Assembly (NCBI GenBank): GCA_043800255.1
Contig: JAZDNF010000009.1
Span: 256,001-320,000, forward strand
DNA: 64,000 bases
Reading direction: 5' to 3'
From: Candidatus Altiarchaeota archaeon
GTDB lineage: Archaea > Altiarchaeota > Altiarchaeia > IMC4 > SCGC-AAA252-I15
The position numbers were made by a program, and so were the translations under genes. The notes below the pieces were generated by a model, which saw nothing but the letters and a program-made list of their open reading frames with translations, was not told the DNA's origin and did not search any database. The stretch's first letter is position 1. Every line of letters starts with the position of its first letter. Of this stretch, positions 8,633 to 17,633 are shown piece after piece.

Positions 8633-9543
8633 AGAAAATAGTAACTTGAATCGCCTTTGATTTCGAGGAACTCCGCGGTCTTGACGATCCTCCGGGGCTT
8701 CATAAGAGCTGAGGTCTGAGTGTTGGATGTTGACGTCAGAATAACGTCTCCGAATTTTTTCGCGGAATTCTTCACTCTGACGACTTTTTCAGGGTCTCTG
8801 ATGAGCGCTAGGACGGAATTGCCGGAATAGGAGGTGGTAACCGCACCAGCCTCAAGCATCTTGGCGGTGACCTCCCTAGCAGTCTCGGAACCGTGCAATA
8901 ATGCGTTCATGTTCATTGCAGAATACAGGTTCCCCTTCAACGCCTCATCCCATGCCAGCTGGACCTCGTTCCTGAAGAGTGCTGACTTCCCTGCTTTTTT
9001 GAGAGTACAAGCCACAACAGAAAAACCCTCGTTCTCCCCCCTGCGGAGCACTTCCAGCTTCCTGTCATCTGTTATGAAGAACCCGCCGAAGAGGCTGCAA
9101 CAGACCCTGGAAAAGTCCAGTCCCTGTTTTGAGAGCTCTCTGGCAAGTTCAATCCGGTCAACCACCGTACCATCAATCACGTAGAACTGCTCCTTCAAGT
9201 ACTTGTCAACCTTCAACTCCATCACAGACCCGCGCTCCCTTGCCAAGGCACCGGTGACGGCAACAGCAGAGGCGACAGCGATTGATTCCTCGAAACCTAG
9301 ACCAGCTTCTTTCGGAATCTCGGAACTGAAGGACAAGCGGGCGCCAGACTTCTTCCCACAGTAATCTAGAACGACCTTGGCAGCCTTTCTGACGGCAGCC
9401 GGAAGGCTCTTCGGCGTTATGGTCTTGGTTTTCGTCAGCTCGCAGCCGGCCTTAGACCCTAGAGTGATTGCAAAAGACGCTCCCCTGCCAATGGAAGAGG
9501 AGTCGACCAACAGCGCAGACCCGTTTGAAACAGCCTCTAACAT
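8629..9543 (-). CDS. GHMP-fold protein resembling archaeal shikimate kinase, degenerate ATP loop
   Basis: N-terminus resembles archaeal AroK; SEIPKEAGLG followed by FEES instead of SSA; FGGFFITD. Confidence 0.6.
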   Translation of the reverse strand: MLEAVSNGSALLVDSSSIGRGASFAITLGSKAGCELTKTKTITPKSLPAAVRKAAKVVLDYCGKKSGARLSFSSEIPKEAGLGFEESIAVASAVAVTGALARERGSVMELKVDKYLKEQFYVIDGTVVDRIELARELSKQGLDFSRVCCSLFGGFFITDDRKLEVLRRGENEGFSVVACTLKKAGKSALFRNEVQLAWDEALKGNLYSAMNMNALLHGSETAREVTAKMLEAGAVTTSYSGNSVLALIRDPEKVVRVKNSAKKFGDVILTSTSNTQTSALMKPRRIVKTAEFLEIKGDSSYYFL

Positions 9544-9760
9544 CCTAAGATTATGGAAGCATAAGGTTTATATAGGATGACTCCCCAAAGTTAAGTCTTG
9601 ATTTTTTGATAACGGAAATTGAAAGTCAACTACACGTTTTTCGTGGTGGGAGTACTTTTCCTCGTGGCAGCAACAGCCTTCGCAGTCAGCATCTGAGACT
9701 ATGAGGGCTGGACAGAGGCATAAGCAGATTATTTAAGTCACGACCTAATTTTATAATCTG

Positions 9761-10501
9761 ATGGAACCTGCAGAATTCTGCGAGCGGTTGAATGAGAGCG
9801 TCCAAGACGACTGCCTCATCACGTTAATCTGCAACTGCTCGATCGAGTACTGGGGCAGGAGCAGGTCGAAGGTCGGTGATGGTGAAAGGATCATTCTGAT
9901 AAAACCTGACAGCACGCTGATAGTGCACTCCCCCTCAGGCTTCAAACCATTGAACTGGATGTCGCCGCCAACCGACACCGTAGCCTCCCTCACAGGCGGA
10001 CAGGTTGAGATCTTCTCCCAGAGGACGAAGAAACCCTACGAGGAGATGAAAATCAGGATAAACCATGTTAAGGACTTCCAACTCTACGGCGGCCTCAGGG
10101 ATGGCGAGAAGCTGGAGCTAACGCACACGGAGGCTGACATGAGAGACTATCTGGAAGACCACCCCGAGAAAATCGACGCGAACTTCCAGTTGAAGAGCGT
10201 TGAATTCCAGACTCCGGTCGGATTCTTCGACCTCTATGGGAAACTGGAGGGGAAGTACACGATAGTAGAGCTGAAAGCCGAGCGCGCCGGACTCCCAGCA
10301 GTGTTCCAACTGAAAAGATACAGGGACTGGCTGCGCGAACACGTCGACAAAGAGGGAGAAGGCATACTCATCGCTCCGGGAATAACGCCCAACGCACTCC
10401 AACTCCTGAGGAGAGAGAAATTGATGTTCAAAAAGTTCTCAAGAAGCCAGGTAGAAAAGCGGAAAAAGCCGAACAAGACGTTAGACAGTTGGATGGATTA
10501 G
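9761..10501 (+). CDS. nucS: Mismatch endonuclease NucS/EndoMS
   Basis: CSIEYWGRSRS, IKPDSTLIVH, PLNW, EADMRD, VELK, QLKRY, GILIAP. Confidence 0.92.
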   Translation: MEPAEFCERLNESVQDDCLITLICNCSIEYWGRSRSKVGDGERIILIKPDSTLIVHSPSGFKPLNWMSPPTDTVASLTGGQVEIFSQRTKKPYEEMKIRINHVKDFQLYGGLRDGEKLELTHTEADMRDYLEDHPEKIDANFQLKSVEFQTPVGFFDLYGKLEGKYTIVELKAERAGLPAVFQLKRYRDWLREHVDKEGEGILIAPGITPNALQLLRREKLMFKKFSRSQVEKRKKPNKTLDSWMD

Positions 10502-11718
10502 ATGACGTATATGCTGCGCAGCATGTAAAGGCCGAGACCCACTAGCAGAAGGCCCAAAGCGAGACGCATCTTCTTCTTCTCGGACTGCCTCCAGGCTTCA
10601 AGCCGCTCAGCCCCGAAGCCGAAGTAGACCGCAATGAAGATTACAATTAGAGGCATCACGAACATCAGATTGTAGAGCAGAAGATAGGGTATACCAGCGC
10701 TCAAAGTCATGGAATCTGACATCATCGCAAGAATCGCAAGATAGACGCCGCCAGTGCACGGCAGCTCGAACATGGCAACCAAGAAGCCGAGGACGACAGC
10801 CGCCGGAGCAGTCATCTTAACAGCCCACCTCTCCAGAGTCCCCTTCTTCGATTCCGGGATGGCAAGCGATATGCCCTTACCATACCAGAAATAATCCTTC
10901 AGGTTCACCATGCCAGCAATTATCGCCACAGCAGCAGCAACCTTATAGAATAAAGACGTGAAACCCGTGAACTGCAAAGCCCCCAGCAATCCGACACCAG
11001 CAAGGAAGTAGACTACGTAGACTGTTACAATGTAAGTCGAACCGACCGTTAGCATCTTCTTTTTTGACCTGGCAATCGTCGTAAGATACGTTAGCAGGAA
11101 AATCAAGACAGCGAATGCGCAGGGGTTTATGCCATCCACAATGCCAGTCAATATTACAAGAGGCGTCGTGACTTTCACAGTCCTCTCAGGGTTCACCTGC
11201 CGTGGATCATATTTGTCGGCGTGGCAGCCCAGCCTGCTGTCGAACGGGCAGACGCTCTCGCCCGGCCTCTCGCTCATTATAGCAGCCTCAAGATTGTCAC
11301 TGATGCCCTGCAAGCCCATGTAATAGTCGTCTCCGATGATTACCAACGGAATCCCCCGCTTATCCTGGGGTATGCCAACCCGCTCAGTGTACTCCGTATA
11401 AAGGTCATAGTTGCTCTTATTGTGGTACAACTCAAGCCAGTGGACGTGTATCCTGTCAGAGTACTTGGACGCCATATCTTCGATGAACGGTTTTATTTGA
11501 GCGCACTTCGGGCACCCGTCACCGTAGAAGTAGACGACACATGTGGTATTGGCGGGATACAGGGATGAGTGCTCGCTGGCAAAGAAACTTGAGTTATCCT
11601 CTAGAAGGCAGGCCTCCTCTCCAACCGAACACACATCAGACTCTGCCGACGCAGTTACTATGAGTATAGAACATAAGGTTACGAAGAGCACTGCTTTAAC
11701 ATTCATTTTTTCTGACAT
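10498..11718 (-). CDS. Thioredoxin-like domain fused to CcdA/DsbD membrane domain
   Basis: Signal peptide, YFYGDGCPKC, DGINPCAF, ELPCTGGVY, multiple TMs. Confidence 0.85.
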   Translation of the reverse strand: MSEKMNVKAVLFVTLCSILIVTASAESDVCSVGEEACLLEDNSSFFASEHSSLYPANTTCVVYFYGDGCPKCAQIKPFIEDMASKYSDRIHVHWLELYHNKSNYDLYTEYTERVGIPQDKRGIPLVIIGDDYYMGLQGISDNLEAAIMSERPGESVCPFDSRLGCHADKYDPRQVNPERTVKVTTPLVILTGIVDGINPCAFAVLIFLLTYLTTIARSKKKMLTVGSTYIVTVYVVYFLAGVGLLGALQFTGFTSLFYKVAAAVAIIAGMVNLKDYFWYGKGISLAIPESKKGTLERWAVKMTAPAAVVLGFLVAMFELPCTGGVYLAILAMMSDSMTLSAGIPYLLLYNLMFVMPLIVIFIAVYFGFGAERLEAWRQSEKKKMRLALGLLLVGLGLYMLRSIYVI

Positions 11719-12326
11719 CAGCTTATGATAAAGTCCACAACGTAGAGTTTACCGCTTGCCAGGTCAGCCTTAGTCTGCTTCAGCCGCGTTCCCTCGACGT
11801 TGACGATAATGTCGTAGGTTCCGCCCGACTTTACGGTTGCCTTATAGTAGCCGTTCCTGTCAGTCTTGTCCCAGTTGACCGGCACGCTCATGTTGCTGAC
11901 ATCGAACACCTCAACAAGCGAACCGTAGTACCCTTTGCCTGTGTTCTTGTTCACAATCTGGCCGCTTATTATGGTAGACGTCTCATTGACCGTGACATTG
12001 ATAGTCTCTAAACAGAACTGCTTCCTGAAGTCGGCGTTTATGGCACCGCAGAGGCTGACGTTGCCTGTTGTTATCGCAATCCCGAGATAGCAGAGCTCCC
12101 TCTGAAGGGGGCTGAAAGACTCGCATTTGGCATATACTGGCGCGTCTAATGTCGTGGGAGTCTCATCCTCGTCATCCTCCGAGAGGGTTGTTGATGCTGC
12201 ATTTACCGTAGTCGGCTCCTCCAGAGTGCTCACAGTAGACGGTTGTGATATGTTCGAACCGCCATCCAGGCACCCTGACGCCAACACCAGACTAACAACC
12301 AATAAAAGAATGACCTGTTTATGCAT
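11718..12326 (-). CDS. Lipoprotein with Ser/Thr linker, Cys-pair motif and C-terminal beta-sandwich
   Basis: LASGC lipobox; RELCY..LCGAI..QFC; probable start MHKQV. Confidence 0.65.
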   Translation of the reverse strand: MHKQVILLLVVSLVLASGCLDGGSNISQPSTVSTLEEPTTVNAASTTLSEDDEDETPTTLDAPVYAKCESFSPLQRELCYLGIAITTGNVSLCGAINADFRKQFCLETINVTVNETSTIISGQIVNKNTGKGYYGSLVEVFDVSNMSVPVNWDKTDRNGYYKATVKSGGTYDIIVNVEGTRLKQTKADLASGKLYVVDFIIS

Positions 12327-12363
12327 CGTACTAGTAAGAATGGATTCCATAGAATAAAAACAT

Positions 12364-12792
12364 TCAGGTAACCGCAATGTTATCGCCTGCTCTGATGTTC
12401 CCGGAGGTTAACGCGACGGCGAATACGCCCCTGGAAGGCATGATGCAGTCGCCAGTCTTTTCCCTGATGCTGCAGCCGCTATGGCATTCCTTCCCAATCT
12501 GGGATACCTCAAGCTCGACAGCCCCGACCCTGAGCTTTGAGCCGACACGCAGGCTTCCCAGATCAACGCCTGCGGTGAGAATGTTCTCCGCGAAGTCTCC
12601 TGGCTTCACGCCAGCCTTGATGAATCTTTCACCAACATCCTCGGAAGCCAGAAGGGATATCTGCCTCCTCCCTGTTCCGGCATGGACATCGCCTTCGATG
12701 CCAAGGCCCTTGGTTACTCTGACACTCTTTAGAGGATTCTTAGCCTCGCTCTTATTCTTGCCAACGCAGACTGCGACAACCCTGCCGCTCAT
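12364..12792 (-). CDS. MOSC domain protein
   Basis: GIEGDVHAG, RQISLL, PGDFAENI, QIGKECH..C..CIMP.RGVF. Confidence 0.9.
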   Translation of the reverse strand: MSGRVVAVCVGKNKSEAKNPLKSVRVTKGLGIEGDVHAGTGRRQISLLASEDVGERFIKAGVKPGDFAENILTAGVDLGSLRVGSKLRVGAVELEVSQIGKECHSGCSIREKTGDCIMPSRGVFAVALTSGNIRAGDNIAVT

Positions 12793-14009
12793 AAGAGGTT
12801 CACCTCCACAGGAGAACCCTTTTTTATCTTCGAAACATCGGCTTCCATTACGATGTAGCCGTCAGCATCAGATAACGAGGTTATCGCGTTGGAGCCCTTG
12901 AACGTTGGAATAACATAGGAGGCTCCCCCCCTCGCCTCCAACCTGACAGGGAGGAAGTACTTCAGTCTTTTCTTGAAGATGAAATCCTTGGCCATTCTGG
13001 CGCACAGCCTCCGTCTGCTCCAGGAGGACTTCATTGATGCCATAATGTAGGGCAGCACAAGAGCGTTCAACACTATGAGAGCAGAGGTCGGGTTGCCTGG
13101 AAGCCCAATCACAGGTTTCCCATTTACCTTTCCGAAGAGGACTGGCTTGCCAGGCCGTATTGCAATGCCGTGGAATATCACCCTGCCAAGCTCTCTCACA
13201 ACGTCTGGCACAATATCCTCCTCCCCGACAGATGAGCCGCCGGAGACGATTACAAGGTCGGAAGTTTTCAGGGCTGAGGTGAGTTTCATCCTAAGAGGGT
13301 GTTGAACGTCACGGCATACCCCCAAGTCGACAGCATCACATCCGTGTCCTGTCAGGAGGGCTCCGATGGAGAGATTGTTGGTGCCGTAGATTTTTCCGGC
13401 AGATAGAGGCTTCCCAATGTCGACTATCTCATTGCCTGTCGCAATCAATGCGATTTTAGGCTTCCTGCAGACTCGGACAGATTCCAACCCGATTGAAGCG
13501 AGAAGGCCGACACCGTAGGCGTCTATGACGGAGCCTCTACTGATGACTGCTGTCCTCTTCCGAATGTCAGATCCTGCAGTTATGATGTGATACCCCTTAC
13601 CAGTTCCCTCGAAGACCGTAACTTTCTTGCCCTTCCTGAGCGTGTTCTCGACTATCACCACAGAGTCGGCTCCAGAGGGTATAGGAGCGCCGGTCGCTAT
13701 CTCAATGCACTCTCCCCTCTTCAGCCTCTTCCTGGAGACCTGCCCCGCGCGGACGACGTCAACGCAATCCAGTGCCTTGGGACTAGACTTGGATGCGCTC
13801 CTGACGTCAGAGTATCTGACAGCGTAACCGTCCATCGCAGACTTCCTGAACCCTGGGACGTTGATTCTTGACTTAACCGTTTCGGCAAGCACCCTCCCCA
13901 AAGAATCCTCCAATCTTACTCTTTCAGTGCCAACCAGCATCTGATGCCTTCCCATCCTCCTCTGCGCTTCCTCGAAGGATATGAGATTTTTGAACCCGCC
14001 TCTGCTCAC
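12789..14009 (-). CDS. moeA: Molybdopterin molybdotransferase
   Basis: SAMDGYAV, IATGAPIP, TGNEI, SGGSSVG, RPGKP, LPGNP; GTG start overlaps the moaB stop. Confidence 0.93.
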   Translation of the reverse strand: MSRGGFKNLISFEEAQRRMGRHQMLVGTERVRLEDSLGRVLAETVKSRINVPGFRKSAMDGYAVRYSDVRSASKSSPKALDCVDVVRAGQVSRKRLKRGECIEIATGAPIPSGADSVVIVENTLRKGKKVTVFEGTGKGYHIITAGSDIRKRTAVISRGSVIDAYGVGLLASIGLESVRVCRKPKIALIATGNEIVDIGKPLSAGKIYGTNNLSIGALLTGHGCDAVDLGVCRDVQHPLRMKLTSALKTSDLVIVSGGSSVGEEDIVPDVVRELGRVIFHGIAIRPGKPVLFGKVNGKPVIGLPGNPTSALIVLNALVLPYIMASMKSSWSRRRLCARMAKDFIFKKRLKYFLPVRLEARGGASYVIPTFKGSNAITSLSDADGYIVMEADVSKIKKGSPVEVNLL

Positions 14010-14491
14010 TTTCTGACCTCCCACAGGATGTGCCCCAGTTCGGGAAGGATGACCTTCTCAAGGCCTGTCCGGACGGCGTTCCTTGAACCTGGAAGGCAGA
14101 AGACAAGCTTGTCCCCTATGGAGCCTGCGAATGCCCTGGACAGCAGAGACTTGGTGCCGACTTCCTTGTAGCTCACATGCCTGAACAGCTCGCCGAAGCC
14201 GGGCAGCTGCTTCTCCAACAGGGGAATGACAGCCTCAGGCGTGTTATCTCTCCTTGATATTCCGGTGCCGCCAGTCGTTATTATCACATCTGTGTCCCCG
14301 CCAGCCAGCTCCATTACCGTTTTCCCGATTGTCTCAGCATCATCCCGTATGACCTCGTACGCTGAGATGGTATGACCTGCCTTCTCCAAAAGTTCTATGA
14401 TAATCTTGCCGGACTCGTCATCCTCCTTCGTCCTCGTGTCGCTGATGGTGATGACGCACGCCCGAATATTCTTGACCTTGTGGTCGTGCAT
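14006..14491 (-). CDS. moaB: Molybdopterin adenylyltransferase MoaB/MogA
   Basis: TISD, DESG, TTGGTG, DNTPEA, PGFGELFR, SRA, LPGS. Confidence 0.92.
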   Translation of the reverse strand: MHDHKVKNIRACVITISDTRTKEDDESGKIIIELLEKAGHTISAYEVIRDDAETIGKTVMELAGGDTDVIITTGGTGISRRDNTPEAVIPLLEKQLPGFGELFRHVSYKEVGTKSLLSRAFAGSIGDKLVFCLPGSRNAVRTGLEKVILPELGHILWEVRK

Positions 14492-14492
14492 C

Positions 14493-14918
14493 CTATCCCT
14501 TCCTCTTTTCAGTGACCCTGACATCGTATATCAAAGTGTCAGGGTACTGTCCTGTTGAGTCCTTCTCAAGGTATTTGACCATGTCCCAGACGGTGCACAA
14601 TGCTGCTGTAACCCCTACGAGAGCCTCCATCTCGACCCCGGTCTTTGCATGGGCTGAAACAGTGACCCTGGCAAGAGCATGATCTCCGCCAGTCTCTAAC
14701 TCCACCTTCGCATAATCCAATGGGATGTTATGGCAGTGGGGTATCGTCTCGGAAGTCCTCTTGAGAGCGGAGAGCGCCGCAACCTCTGCGACAGAGTAGA
14801 CGTCGCCCTTTTTGACGCTCTTGTTCCTGATGGACTCCAGGGTCTCCTTCTTCAGCCTGATCTTGCCCTCCGCAACCGCCTTCCGAGGGATAGCCTTCTT
14901 ACCGGATACGTCTATCAT
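14493..14918 (-). CDS. moaC: Cyclic pyranopterin monophosphate synthase
   Basis: MIDVSGK, KGDV, IPHCH, TGVEMEAL, WDMVK. Confidence 0.95.
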   Translation of the reverse strand: MIDVSGKKAIPRKAVAEGKIRLKKETLESIRNKSVKKGDVYSVAEVAALSALKRTSETIPHCHNIPLDYAKVELETGGDHALARVTVSAHAKTGVEMEALVGVTAALCTVWDMVKYLEKDSTGQYPDTLIYDVRVTEKRKG

Positions 14919-15781
14919 CTGCCATCACATCCGATGACCCTTGAGTCTAACGCTTTTTCCAGAGACCGGGTAAAGTCCCCTCCGACAGGGATGTGGCCGC
15001 CGAAAATCCGCAGGCACGGTTTTATCCTGCCGTCTGATGTGAGCCTAATCTTGTTGCAGTCGACGCAGAACTCCCTGCAGTTCGGCCTCACAACCTCCAC
15101 TATCAGATCGTCAAGGTAGTATTGCATTCGCGACTTGGACCGCCTCTCCACTATGAGGGTGGCACGGCTTTTCAGGCTCTCTTCCACGCCCTCAAGAGGG
15201 TAGTAGTGCCTAGTGTAGAAGTCTGCGTCGGTGTTTATCAGCTCTATCAGCTGGAGTATGACGCCCTGGCTTCTTGCGAATTCCATCATCTCTGGGATCT
15301 CATGCTCGTTTATGCCGCGCAGGACTACCATGTTCAGTTTTATCGGCTCAAGCCCTGCCAGCTTGGCTGCCTTCAGGCCTTCCCTGATGGTGCTAGCATT
15401 CTTCAGCAGGAGAGGCGATGACATAGAATCGCATCCTATGTTCACCCTCTTGAGGCCTGCCTCCCTGACAGCCCTTGCCTTGCCGGCCAGCAGCAGGCCG
15501 TTCGTAGTCATGGAAACTTCATCTATGCCTTCCAGTTCCGATATGCCGTTCACGATCCCAACGATGTCTTCCCTTAGGAGGGGCTCGCCGCCCGTTATTT
15601 TTACCCTCCTGACGCCAGCCTCTGCGAAGTGCCGTGCAAGGATTATGATTTCTTCGGTTGCCATCTGCCTGCCGGGGTTTACCTCGCCCTCCCGGTGGCA
15701 GTAGGCGCAGTCAAGGTTGCACTCCTGGGTCACCGAGATCCTGAGTTCCTCTATTTTTCTGCCGTAGCCGTCTATCATCAT
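14915..15781 (-). CDS. moaA: GTP 3',8-cyclase
   Basis: DGYGR..LRISVTQECNLDCAYC, TGGEPL, FCVDCNKIRLTSDG.IKPCL. Confidence 0.95.
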   Translation of the reverse strand: MMIDGYGRKIEELRISVTQECNLDCAYCHREGEVNPGRQMATEEIIILARHFAEAGVRRVKITGGEPLLREDIVGIVNGISELEGIDEVSMTTNGLLLAGKARAVREAGLKRVNIGCDSMSSPLLLKNASTIREGLKAAKLAGLEPIKLNMVVLRGINEHEIPEMMEFARSQGVILQLIELINTDADFYTRHYYPLEGVEESLKSRATLIVERRSKSRMQYYLDDLIVEVVRPNCREFCVDCNKIRLTSDGRIKPCLRIFGGHIPVGGDFTRSLEKALDSRVIGCDGR

Positions 15782-15782
15782 G

Positions 15783-15839
15783 CGTTGTATTTAATAGAAT
15801 ACAACGGTATATATACGTTATATCAGAAACAATATAACG
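15783..15839. promoter_or_regulatory. Two tandem ModE-box-like palindromic operators
   Basis: CGTTGTATT-N6-AATACAACG (15783-15806) and CGTTATAT-N8-ATATAACG (15816-15839) between moaA and the divergent modE-like unit. Confidence 0.75.
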
Positions 15840-15842
15840 AAG

Positions 15843-16025
15843 ATGACAAAGAAGCACATCAGGAAGGCAGTTGGGTACAGGGTATACTCGATTCTGATAA
15901 TGGCAATAGTCTCCTACGTACTAACAGGCTCTATAATAAAGATGACAGCGATGACCACCATAGTAGAGGCTGTCAAGGCCGTACAGTACTATTTCTTTGA
16001 GATCGTATGGCACAGGCTCGCGTAG
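15843..16025 (+). CDS. Small membrane protein, DUF2061-like
   Basis: KAVGYRV..LTG..YYFFEIVW pattern. Confidence 0.65.
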   Translation: MTKKHIRKAVGYRVYSILIMAIVSYVLTGSIIKMTAMTTIVEAVKAVQYYFFEIVWHRLA

Positions 16026-16030
16026 CTAGG

Positions 16031-16360
16031 ATGAAGGTCGGGTTCAAGCTTTGGCTGGAGAACAGCAGAGGAGAGCCGGTCTTCGGCAGAGGAAAGCTCA
16101 GGATCCTGGAGACCATAGAAAAGCACAAGTCGATGAACAAGGCCAGCCGGGAGCTGGGAATGTCCTACATGCACCTCATGGAAAAGGTAAAACACATGGA
16201 ATCCAGGCTGGGATTGAAGCTCGTAAGGGCGAATAGGGGAGGCAGAGGCGGCGGAGGGGCTGAGCTGACGCCGAAAGCCAAAGACCTGATAAAAAAGTAC
16301 GAAAAATTCTCTGGAAAAGCGACTAAGAGCATAGAATCAGGATTCAATAGGACATTCTGA
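16031..16360 (+). CDS. modE: ModE-family winged-helix regulator (DNA-binding domain only)
   Basis: KLWLE..VFGRG..ILETI..SMNKASRELGMSY..RGGRGGGGAELT. Confidence 0.85.
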   Translation: MKVGFKLWLENSRGEPVFGRGKLRILETIEKHKSMNKASRELGMSYMHLMEKVKHMESRLGLKLVRANRGGRGGGGAELTPKAKDLIKKYEKFSGKATKSIESGFNRTF

Positions 16361-16372
16361 ACACCCTAAGGC

Positions 16373-16390
16373 CTGCCGCATTACCGGCAG
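16373..16390. terminator. Hairpin between convergent genes
   Basis: CTGCCG-CATTAC-CGGCAG. Confidence 0.4.
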
Positions 16391-16753
16391 TTAGTGGCAG
16401 CTGGGCTTCGGGCCGGTTGACCATGCAGGAACTTGGTACATGCTTGTCGTCGGAAGTGTAGTGGTGATTATTGACGTTGTAGGACGCAAAGACGTCGTTA
16501 GTGTGGTCGGTGTTGTCGTCTGGCTTACGCCTGCATCCGGGGATGTCTCAACTAGTGCTGACAAGGACGTTGTCGGGGTTGTTGTAGGCTCTACAGGTTG
16601 TTCGGTCGCCGCAGATTGCTCGTTGGATATCAGGTAGACTGCCGAGACGCCCGCAATTAACAACGCGACCGTCAGAAGCAGCAGGATTGCCGCAAGAGCG
16701 GGCAAAACGTTCGACTGTCTTCCCCTGCATGCCCTGATTGCTCTTAGACCCAT
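16391..16753 (-). CDS. Small membrane-anchored Thr-rich protein
   Basis: TM LAAILLLLTVALLIAGV, Thr-rich stalk, C-terminal PSCH; probable start MGLRA. Confidence 0.5.
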   Translation of the reverse strand: MGLRAIRACRGRQSNVLPALAAILLLLTVALLIAGVSAVYLISNEQSAATEQPVEPTTTPTTSLSALVETSPDAGVSQTTTPTTLTTSLRPTTSIITTTLPTTSMYQVPAWSTGPKPSCH

Positions 16754-16769
16754 TGTATGTCCCGTAAAT

Positions 16770-17603
16770 TCAGTCCTCTGCCACTGGCATGTAATGCAAC
16801 ATGTCCAAGAACGTGTCTGTTGGCTCAAGCACTCCGACAACCACGGCGTCTGCGCCGAAGAAGCCGTTTAACCTGTCGCCCACGTTGGCGAACAGCTTCT
16901 CTTCCCGCATCATATCAGCCTCGGTTGCGCCAAGTATCAAAGGCAGATAGTTCCTGTTCTCTGTGACCTGGAGATTAAGGTGGCCGACGTTGAAAGTCGC
17001 AACAGTTTTGTTCATCGTCTGCGATTTAAATTCTTGAAGACCGCCTTCGGCGAAGGTTACGTTCGCAGGCCAGTTCGCATTTTCCGACTTTACATAGTAG
17101 AAGAACTTCGGCATCTTCTCGTCTGTCAGCCTGACGTCTATCTGTTCCCCATCGAACTGGTTGAACTTTTCGCTGGAGAGGATGTGCATCATATCAACCG
17201 CCGAATCTGTCTTCTTCAGCATCCCGCTGACCCGCATGTCCTGGCCCAGGAAGCCCTCCAAAACGTAACCCCACAGGATGTCGGATGTCGTTACGTTCTT
17301 ACCGTCTGTCATTGATTTCGCCTCCTCGAAGCCCAATACCATCGAATCATCCTCTGGGACAGGAGACCCCATCAGCGTCTGATACCCTGCCAGTCTGCTC
17401 GGAGGTATGTACGCTAGAAGCTCAGGGTCGCCATCGTCAAATGATAGTTTGAACCCTGCTTCGCTGAACAACCTCGGGCTGACGCCAACGTCCTGCGTGA
17501 AATAACCCTGCGTGTACAGCACCCCGCTCACAGAAGCTGCCAGGATTGCCGTGAATAGTATGCTAAACTTGTTCTCCGTTATAAATTTTTTTTCTGCCAT
17601 CAT
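16770..17603 (-). CDS. Uncharacterised exported protein with internal duplication
   Basis: N-terminal TM; two copies of LG..EA..M...GF.G....V.G.L..TD...DM.H; RBS GAGGTGA. Confidence 0.7.
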   Translation of the reverse strand: MMAEKKFITENKFSILFTAILAASVSGVLYTQGYFTQDVGVSPRLFSEAGFKLSFDDGDPELLAYIPPSRLAGYQTLMGSPVPEDDSMVLGFEEAKSMTDGKNVTTSDILWGYVLEGFLGQDMRVSGMLKKTDSAVDMMHILSSEKFNQFDGEQIDVRLTDEKMPKFFYYVKSENANWPANVTFAEGGLQEFKSQTMNKTVATFNVGHLNLQVTENRNYLPLILGATEADMMREEKLFANVGDRLNGFFGADAVVVGVLEPTDTFLDMLHYMPVAED

Positions 17604-17633
17604 ATCACCTCAACGAACATTCTGATAACCCTG

